Source: Harriotta raleighana (taxonomy: Eukaryota). Taken from it: DNA of 64,000 nt. The notes below the pieces were generated by a model. That model saw only the letters and a program-made list of their open reading frames with translations, was not told where the DNA came from and searched no databases. Positions within the stretch are counted from its first letter, which is position 1. Each line of letters starts with the position of its first letter. Both the position numbers and the translations under genes were made by a program. The stretch covers positions 649,083 to 713,082 of the forward strand of contig JBNZDD010013586.1 in NCBI GenBank assembly GCA_050575255.1. The letters are read 5' to 3'. This document shows, in pieces, positions 41,901 through 52,661 of this stretch.

Positions 41901-44900
41901 CCACGAATGCACCACGAATNATTCAACTCGGGGCCACTCGAGGCAAAGTGTTTGACGGGATGCCGTCATTAAGCAACGGCAATAAGACGATCTATCAGGC
42001 GAATCACTCCACTACCATTCAGGATATAAATATTTCCCCCACTGCGATGTTTGGAATATTTCAGACACCCTCTCGAACACACACGTTTGCTTCTCTTTCT
42101 CAAAGGCATGATTGTGGGATTGCGGCAGGCAGCTAGAATACGCAACAAGCCACTAACATGTGCACTTACTTGTGCTGTGCCAACAAAACGCACAGTTCAC
42201 GGAACAAAAAACAGAACAATTGACATGGTTTTCCTTTTAAGTGGCCATTACGCAAGGCTCGTTTGCGTAGTGCTGATCCAACTCCAGACCGCATCACATC
42301 AAAGGAATAAAAAGCAAGTCTTAACCCTGTTATCCCACACCAGACTCCCTTCTGATTCAGCCCATGAAATTGAGACCACACTGGGTTCGCTACAGTATTG
42401 AGTAGCAGCATTGCGCATGAGCTCACACGGACAAAACTGTGTACACTGTTCCAAAAGCATCACGGTGGATGCGCTTACAAAAGCATTTGAGCCCTTCGCT
42501 TCAGGTCTATTCTCCTCTATCGACAGGAATTTAATAGGACTATCAGCTCAGGTGCCAATTCAGTCGTCAAAAATTCTACTGAAGGGAAAGATTGAGAAAA
42601 GGCTTTGTTTGCTGCAAGGCTGAATAGAAGTATTTACCAATATGGAAACGTTTCTGCCAGATGAAAGCAATGATGGTGGTAGTGGTTTAAATAAAGGGGA
42701 GGGATAGAATTTTCAGCAGAAATTATACTTAATCGTCAGCCTTCTGTTTCTATGAAGAGAGCAGTTTCCTTGGGGTTATTTACCATTTGCGCTCTAATCG
42801 AGGGGGACAAACAGTAATTTGCAAAGACTACAAATCAGCCATCACTAATGTCAGGTAACAGAAAGTAGAGTGATATCATCATGCTAAGAATTTCACCAAA
42901 GCAAGCACTTTATCATTGCCTTTAGGCAGGTGAAAACAACATTTTCAAAGGAGTTTCTTTTTTAAATTACAATGACAAAAGGTTGATAAAGGTGATTTAG
43001 TGCAGGAGATCACATCGGTATGTAGTGGATGATTTGATTCCAGCTTCCTTCCACTTGTTGTACTGTGTAACACAACATTCAGCTTAAGTTGCTCTCAAAC
43101 AGGGATAATGTGCAGCCCCAGGCAATAGGATTTATCCTCCAATTGCACTTCTTATCGTGGGAGCAACTTTCTGACAGTTTTAACGAGATTGGGAACTTGC
43201 CCAATGGACTCAAAGGCCAAAACACATGCATATGGTGAGAGGGGTACTTGTACGTGAGCTTTGATTTTCGTGATTAGGCTCAGATCTTCAGGCCTCCGAA
43301 GCCTGGAGAAACAAACGCTCATCTCAAACATTTGGCTTAACCCACCTACGAAGCTTTATACCGCAATTTTATTCTTGATATTGTAGAATGGGTCAATTAT
43401 AATAATAATAATAACAATCCTTGCATTTGATATAGCTCCTTATCTGGGCGAAATTCTAATTCACTGGAGCACACGGCGAGGAAATTCAGTTCACAAAAGT
43501 GAAGTATGGCTTACCACACCACTTGTCACCCAAGTCACAACTTTTGCAGTAAGTGTCAATCCAGAAACCAAGTCCGTCTTGAACAAATTAAAGCAACATG
43601 TGTTTAGGGCAGCAGCCAGCTCTAAATCACAAATTCATGAAAAACAGCTCCTGAGAATGGAACCAAAACCCACACCCTCCCCCCCCCCACCCCCACAGAC
43701 AAATATACAAGGCCAGAGAGTAAAATAGCACGTACAACATTTTTGATAGATAATGAATGGCCATGGTTTGTCAACAGACCCCAATTCCGGAAATATTTTC
43801 CATCAAATTCCTCTCATCGCTACAGAAGGAATGAACTGTAATAAAGTCCAGATTTTAAGTGTCACAGATATGCCTTCAAAGGACGAGGAAAGGGTGTTCT
43901 CAATCATTGGAGGTTACCTTGCTCAACATTGAACGGCATTGAAGGGTCTGCATTATTCACCTACATTCCCCACAAAACATATCTTTTTCGTGGGCATGAA
44001 ATTCTAATGGACCAAGCTGCTTTTCTCCAAAGATAAAATGAAAACTTATTTTCTAAATCGGCAGGAAAATTTCTCAGCGTTCGATCAGATCGCTCTACAG
44101 CATAACCTTGATTTCAACCCAAAATTACCCTTGTCCCTGTGATAATCAAAGCCAGCTAAGAACCCCCAATTTTTTTTTTTTTTAAAGTACAAAATGAATA
44201 GTAGAAGTGTACAACCCGAGATAGAAAACGGATCAAGAGATTAATCAGTACTTTGCCTTGTCTAGACTCATTAAAAGGTGAGGAGGACAGTATTCTAAGC
44301 ATCAGTCAGTGTGAAAACCACTCGAATGAGAAACCCAAATCGTTTAAAGTGGAATTAACAGTGACAAAGTATCAATCCCAACCAAAACAAACAAGAATTT
44401 CAAACGCACCAGCAACGTTCCCCCCCCCCCCACCCCCCCCAGTTAATGTGGCCGATCTTTCTTTGGAGAAGCTCGGAACACTGATAAGGAAATCTCTTAA
44501 AACAACATAAACAGGAATCGTTAGCATCAGTCGGATTCCTTTGTCTCGTGTGCCAACCCACCACAGAGGGGAATCTCAGGTTACAGCAGTTTATTCTTGC
44601 TTGTCGCTGCTTCGGCGAGCGGCTTGTGCGCTTGTTGTTTGGAACCCACTGCCGAGAAAGGCATCTAATTAGTTGATCTGTGGCGAACGCCTCGTGGATG
44701 CCCAACAGCACAAACCTTTCTGGGCCGGAGAGTAGGGCGAGCAATGATTCGCAATGCCGCACGTTTGCGGGGAATTGAGGATCACAACGACATCTTGAAC
44801 ACAACGACATTTGAAAACTATTCCAGATCGCCCACAAATCACAAGATGTGAATTTTTTATTTTTTTATTTTTTTATTTATTGATATATTATATTTATATA

Positions 44901-47900
44901 GCGCCTTTCACGTCAGGAGGACGTCCCAAGGCGCTGTACAGTCAAGTGGGGGGAGAGGTCGAGGGAAGAAAAGCAGGAAAATAATTGACTATATTTGTGG
45001 GCGAAACGCGGCAGCCAAATTGCGCACAGCAGTGTCCCACAAACAGTCATGGAAGCGAGAGGGCCAGGGACGAAAGGGGGAAAGAGGGCAAGGGGAGGGG
45101 TTGGGGTAGGAGGAAGAGAGAAGGAAAACCAGGTGTATATCTGGGGAGAAACGCGGCAGCCAAATTGCGCACAGCAGCGTCCCCACAAACACACACGGAA
45201 ATGGGGCCAGGGAAGAAAGGGGGGAAAAAGGGACAAGGGGGGAGACGGAGGAAAAAGCGGGTGGGGTAAAATCAGGGAGGAAAAAGGACAGAGAAAGGGC
45301 GGAGAAAGGAGGACAAGGGGGAAATCAAGGAGGACAGGGAGGGAGAAATGGTGGCAAGATGTGTCACGATAGAAAACGTGTGAAGACCATGGGGTTACAT
45401 TTTAACAATAATCCTTGCATTTGATATAACTGCTCATTGTGTAGGCGGACATCCTTACACAAGGCAGCGTAGAAAATCAAAAGAGTGCGCTCAAATGATG
45501 TTACACAAACATCCTTTTTGGTGGTGGTGGGGGGGAAAAAATAAAGGAAACAGAAGTTGTGAGCCCGCAAGTTTAAAAAAAATGCTTCCCATTTCGATTT
45601 AAAGATCCATCAATAATAGATAACAGACGCAAGATATTATAAACAGAGTCATTATTCCATCATGCAACTCAAAGATTGCTTTGCTGAGAGAGGAAAGAGA
45701 GAGAGAGAGAGAAGCCAGGATGCCTAGACGATCTGTGATTGATTGATTGCCGCATGGATGATGTATTTTTCCAATATAACTGGCAAATAGATCCTATGCA
45801 TGATATATGAGCACTCAGATAAATTGATTTTATAATGCAACACAGGCTGTGAGGTGAAAATCATTTCAATGTGGGGTACAGCATTCAGTGCAATAGTATT
45901 CCCAAAAAGGAGAAACTGATCCAAGAAATATTGAAGTACTTGCTAGAATTTGATTTACACAGTCCCTAACAGTTGGTGTCACTAACAAGAAATCAAGAGA
46001 TTTGAGTTTTAATCTATATTCTCAAAGTTTTCATTTCATACATCCATACCCTTGATGGTAATATTTCTGACCAGCCAGAAGACAGCTTTAGAATTTCACA
46101 CAAGGTCTTGAAAGATATTAGACGTTCGCAGTCTATGACTCCAATGCGATTAGAATAGTTTGTAATGTAAGAGGAGACCTTACATTACGTAACTTCGCAG
46201 TAAAATACCTAAAACAATTTCACTTTCACATTTCACACACCTGTAATTATAAAGTAAAGTACCTTCACAATCACAACAACATTTCTAGAACAGAGAAATC
46301 TTCGATTCTACCGGAGACCTGAAGATGAAGTCCGACAATTCATCTCAGAAAAGTTCAAAGTATTGCTATAGCACTACACCAGCTCCCACACAATTATAAT
46401 TACCTTAAGAAGCAGAGGATATTTACAGATTCTCTGTATTGGGGTTAGCAAGTAGCCTTCTAAGGGAATATCGGTGGTTTTCATTCCTCCGAGAACCATA
46501 CAGTTCTAAACAAAAGAGAACTTTGTTAGACGTGACAACAACAACAACAAATTGCATTTGTATAGCTCAACATTGAACAGCATTGAAGTGTCTGCGTTAA
46601 TCACCGACATTCTCCACAAAACATATTTTTCTCGTGGGCCTGAAATTCCAATGTACCAAGTTGCTTTTCTCCAAAAACAAAAAGAAAATTTATTTTCTAA
46701 ATCCGCAGGAAAATTTCATGTCAGGAGGATGTCCTGAGGTGCTAGTCAGTCAGGGAACCGAGTATTATTAGACAGTTGAGAAGTTTTAAAAAAAAACTCA
46801 TCCAACTTATCAATGTCTTTTGATGCCCTTTAGATAAATAAAATATTACAAATGTGGCCTCATCAGTGATCGATATTTTGTCAGAGTATCATATCACTTC
46901 TAGTTAAATAATCTCAAGATGTAGCCAGCTTTGCATGGACTGGAAATGAAACCACATCCACTGGATATACAGTCATCAGTTATATCCACTGAGGAGCCTC
47001 AGCATCAGTTTACTCCTCAAATAACTGATAAAATTATAGAGGCGTGAGGCGACCTGTTAGTTTTAATGAATACTTGACGCTTTGGTGCATTGAAGTGAGC
47101 GCGCTTGTGTTAGGCAGTTTCAGTCGTACAAGCGTACTTTCACACATATTCTTGCTTACCAGGAGCATGGCTCGAACTTCGGGTATTTTGTTCAATTCCA
47201 TTAGAAGCCTCAGAGCTTTTTCATGATTGCTGCAATATTCTTGATAGACACAGAATCGGTCTTTCTACAATCACAAGTACGGGAGGGGGGGTGGAAAAAA
47301 TTACGTCATCACAGAATTTGCATGCGTGCAGCAATTCCAAATACTGTAGTCTTCACTGGGGCACATGTTTACAAGACTACAGTTTACTGCGATGGATTAC
47401 TTTGTCAAACACGTATGGGAAAGTAGGATTGTTCGACCGCCAGCTGTTGATACCACATCAGGACCACAGAAATGCGGACGCGCATGTCACACAATGTGTC
47501 TTGTAATGTGGCATTCACGTCCCTCCCGTTTGCTACCGGCGTTCCGCGTTTTGTAGACAGTTTCCTGATCGATGTGATGAACTGCGTCAGGATATTGGGT
47601 TTGAACGACAGAAGGTGGCAAAGCGACGCTCAATGTTAAGCGCTTCAAATCTGGGTTCTGCCCTACAAATGATGCCACATTTGGCTCTCAAGTGCGATTT
47701 TCCAGATTGAAATCTCACCCCCCTAGTGTCAAGTGTATTATGTGGTTCATTTCTGGTGTGGATTTGAAGCCACATCATTCTGACTCAGAGCAAAAGTGCT
47801 ACAAATCGCACAAAGCTGACATTTTTAAGTCATCGTTCGGTTTTCCATCTGTCAAAACTGCAATCACAGAGCATAGCTCCTTCGTAAAACATAGCTTGCA

Positions 47901-50900
47901 GATTCCTCCACCTTTTCCACAGTCAACGCAATTGTGTGGTCAGAGATATATCCTCCCCAAAGGGGAAGAAATCGGTGTTACTCGGTATCTTTGAGTTGAG
48001 AAGGAATTCATCAAGTATTTTCTTTTTTTTAAAAATGGACAACGAGGGAATACAGTACTTTTCTGATCATCCAAATACATTCATTATACTTTAGTAGGTG
48101 TCCTGGAGCAGTGTTGATTTGTTCAATCACATCTGTGCTCATCAAAATATTTAAAAGGATTCAAAGTTTGAAATTCTAACACCCAGCCAATCCTTCCTAA
48201 ATTTGGGTAATTTCTTTTCAATAATCTCCATCGAAAAAAAAATCTTGCCCCCCCCACCCCACCACCCCCACACCCACCACCAAAAAAATTATGGACGACG
48301 ATTAGCTTGATTATCCAAGGAAGAAGTTCTGGAATCAAAATAAACTTTCCATAAATAGAACTCTCATCACGGGTTTGGTCTAGCCGATATATCACATTGC
48401 ACATTGAAAAAGAATGCATAAACAGAAGCAAAGCTGAAGGGTTGGCCTGAAGGAAGAGAGACGGGGGCTTTCAGAGACGGGCTCGCTCTCCCATCTCTCT
48501 GATTTCCTGACTCAGCCGTTTCTAATGATCCCTTTTGATATTCCAGCATTCTTCAAAAAACCGTCACCTGATTGAGACGTCGAGCCATTCAAAATGACAA
48601 TTTATTTCCATGACCGAGGCAGCTGCAGAAACTCATGCTTCCACATGTTAGACACAGTCCTTATGAGCATCGTAAACGTTTCGATTGATGGATTGCCATT
48701 TCCTATTTCCTTTATACAACGAAAACAATCCTTGCATTTGCCTGATCATATCATCAAGATCTCTCAATTCGCTTCACAGGATCTACTGTGAAATGGACTG
48801 TATATTTTGTGTCCGATTTAAATTTCAATTCTATAATCCGACTTATCGTATCATCAAAACCACTATAAATGATGCGGACACTTTACTCCTGCTGTGTCTC
48901 AAAGCATCTTCAACCTCTCTCCATGCACATTCATGGCAAGTATCACTCTACCCAAACACTTCATAACATTTTATGTTTAAAATCTCCTCTTAAGAATCTG
49001 AAGAACTATGAACACCGATGCTACTAATGCAGCCTCACCAATAATTGGCCAGGCTGGAAATACACTGCTGGTTGGAATTCAGTCTCTGACCTACCACTGT
49101 AATTGCGGCATGGATTTATATTCTTATAACAACAACAACAAGATTGCATTTGTGGAGCACGTTTCACGTCAGGAGGACGTCCCAAGGCGCTGGACAGTTG
49201 GTTTAGGACCCGAGCAGGGGGAAATGTTCAGGGCGAGGGGAGGGTGGGAGCAAGGAGGGGGTGGAGAGTCGAGAGGGGAGCTGAAGGCACGGTCGAAGAG
49301 AAAGGTCTTGAGACTGGCCTTGAAGGAGGAAAGGGAGGAAGCGAGGCGAAGGCACTGGGGTATGGAGTTCCAGAGCCTGGGGGAGCATATAGAGGGTGAA
49401 GAGGAGAGGACTGAGGACAGAGCCCTGAGGGACACCACAAGAGACAGTGCGGGGACTGGAGGAAAAGCCATTTGAGTATATGAAATGAACACATATATAA
49501 AATAAAGAAATAACATGACAAGTAGCAGTGAGTTACACAAATAAAAATACAAGCTAATCCCATGATGATTAAACTATCCTTAGTTGGGGGCAATTTCACC
49601 AGTGGAACTGTCAGGAACGACAGCAAAAACAGCGCCAAGGTTTTAGGGTATTTTAATGATATGTGTGAGACCATGGAATAACAAAAAGCATGTATGATAA
49701 TCATAATAATAATCCTTGCGTTTGACATAGTGCTTTTCACATCTTATCGACGTCTCAAAGCGTTTCAGAGAATATACTGTAAAGTGAATTGACTGTATAT
49801 TTTGTGGGCGAAACACGGGCAGCCAATTGCGCACAGCAGAATTACATAGACAGTTTAGTACCAAAACAGGTCATTCAGACCACTGTAATCCATGCCAGTG
49901 TTTATATTCTACATGAGCCTCCATTTTCCCTAATCCCTTTATTCGCTTCTTGCTCATGTATGCATCCAGTTTTCATTTAAATTCACTGATGTTTACTGCT
50001 TGAACCACAGCTTCCATCCAGCAGTGAGTTCCACATTCGCACCCCACCCCCACCCCGTGTAAAAAAAAAGTTCCTCCTAAACTCCCTATTAGCTCTGCTT
50101 TTGGATATCTTATATGTAAGCTTCCTTGTTATGGACCCAGCAGCAAGTGGAAACGGCCGATAAGTGTCACGTAATCAAACTCTGCCAGAATTTTAAACAC
50201 CTCCATCAAGTCACCAGTCAAACCACTCATCTGCTGAGGCAAAATGCCCTAACCTATCATAGGCTTTGTCGACAGCTTTTTCCCTGGGAATATCCTGGTA
50301 AATCCACACTGTACTCTCTCTCCACCGCGACAAAAACCTTCCTGTATGTAGTGTGGTAACCAGACATGCACACAGTGCTCCAAATGCGGTCTAACCAAGG
50401 ATTTAAAAAAAAAGTAATTTAACATTACTTCCTTAATATTCAAGAGTTTTCTCTAACTAGCAGTCACCGAGGTATACTTTAAGCTACTTCTGCTATTCTC
50501 TAGGTAACTGCTAGTTGATAAATAATAGGATGTAAGACTATCTATCATAAGATAAAGCCACTGTCAATGCCTAACTGTTAAGAGAGAGCGGTGACAACAG
50601 TTGATTCATCCCATTTGTACAGATGCCAGTTTTTCTGAGTGCTCAGAAAGATCAAAATTTGCAGTCTCTAAACACTTGAAAGTATTACTTTTAAGGGAGA
50701 AGACGACAGCATTGGTGTTTGTGCAGAGGTGCTGTTCGACGGGTGATGTGATGACAGCACACGAAAACTAAGATACCTCTGTGGTCTGTAGAATCTTATC
50801 GCAATGATCAGTGGGAAGTTGAGAAGACAGCCATTTGATGAAGCACAGCACAGGCATAGGGTGTTGGTTAGGCAAATAAGCAGTTTTATTTAAAGAGTCT

Positions 50901-52630
50901 CATCCAGCACACACAAGCGTGTTTATTTTTGTGCCCTGATAACAGTTCTTCCCCCGCCGTCACCCAAAGGGAAGCAAATCTCCTGATGACAGAGTCACAG
51001 TCACAGTGTCAGAGGCGAGAGAGAAATCCAGGGCTCACTGATCTATCACTAACGTAGGAAGGTGAAAAGCCATTGTTGATGGGGAGGCGGAAGAGAGGCT
51101 AAAATGTCAACCAGCTTTTAACGTCACATTATCTGAGTCTCAGTTACATTAAGACCCAGTTGCGTAAATCAAACTCAGCCACCAAATCTGCATTGTGGTG
51201 AGACTGTTCCTGGTTGTCCAAGTGATCAGCTCAGCTTCCTGTACTAGATGCAAGCAACGCTTTGTAAAACTGCGTTCCTGTTAAAACTAACTTGTTCCCC
51301 AATTTTTAAATGCTAAGAATCCAAGAAGTTGAATCCCGGTGTTAAATCCCGATAGGATTTAACTGGACTGAAGTCAGTCAAACCACCATGGTAAACATGC
51401 AATCAAAAAGGCAATGCTCAGCAACTCGGATTATAAGTGAGTCTTGAAACCAAAGCCCCAAAAGATAGGATGATCCTATCTTGGCGAGTTACTTTCTCTA
51501 ATGTGCGGTTATGGTTAGAAATCTTCAGTGTGCCAGGGCTGCAGTGAGAACCTCAATGAGAATTCCTGCCTTCGATTTTTTTCACCTGTTTTATTCAAAT
51601 TATTAATGAAGGCCGGTATCGGGCCTGACTAGGCTGTACACAGTAGCGAATCGTCCACACCACCTACACTGTACGGATAAAGGAATCACCACCTGAGGGT
51701 TTCTGAAAGACTGCCAGAAACAGTTGGAGCGAACCCAAGCATGAATCATTGCCTGTTCGGAACAAAGGGAAGGACAAATTGAGGAAGGAGACAATGTACC
51801 ATTTCCTTTTTTTTTGCAAGAATTTTTTTTTTTTTTTTACGAGAAAATTAAAATGTGCTTCTAAACAAATTGCTGGGTTCGGTTTGGCAAGTTCAACGTT
51901 TCACGAAGTTTAAAAGATACATTCTGCAGAAATCTGGATAAACACTGAATCTGGACACGTGACTTTATTTTCTCTCTCTCTCTCTCTCTCGCTATATATA
52001 TATATGCTATATATATCAAAAATCAATCAAAACTTACATTTATTTAGCTCCTTTCACGTCGGGAGAACGTCGCAAGGCGCCGAACAGTTAGGTAAGGACC
52101 AGAGCTGATAAGTGGGGAGGGGTCAGGGTAGGCGGAAGGAGAGTAGGAAAATTACTGTATATTTGTGGGCGAAACGCGGCAGCCAAATAGCGCACAGCAG
52201 TGTCCCACAAACAGCCGTGGAAGTGGGTTCCGGGTGAGAAAGGTGGAAAAGATATAAAGACCGGGATTTGTAGGCCTAAGGCTTTGCAGGTTACCATGGT
52301 AGATGTGGCTAGCAGCGGAGGAAAGCTGGAGTCTAAAGGCTGCCAGATTTGAAAGACCAAACGTCATGTGATGGGAAGCAGGCTGAGGAAAAGAGCAAGA
52401 ATACAACATGAAGTCATTGCACTCACAAACTGGAGGAAGATGTTTCCAAGTTCGTGCTGGGGCTGTGGCTCCGGTTGTAAACGGCTCTCCAGACCCGACA
52501 GGAACTCCTTGTGCACGTCAAGTATGTCTTCGAGGTTAGAAAACAAAATCTGAGAAAGCCAGAGCAAAGGAAGAGAGAAAATCAGGGCGCACATTTTAAT
52601 AACTTCAGTCACTGGGGGAGGGGGAAAGGG

Positions 52631-52661
<31 letters not shown>

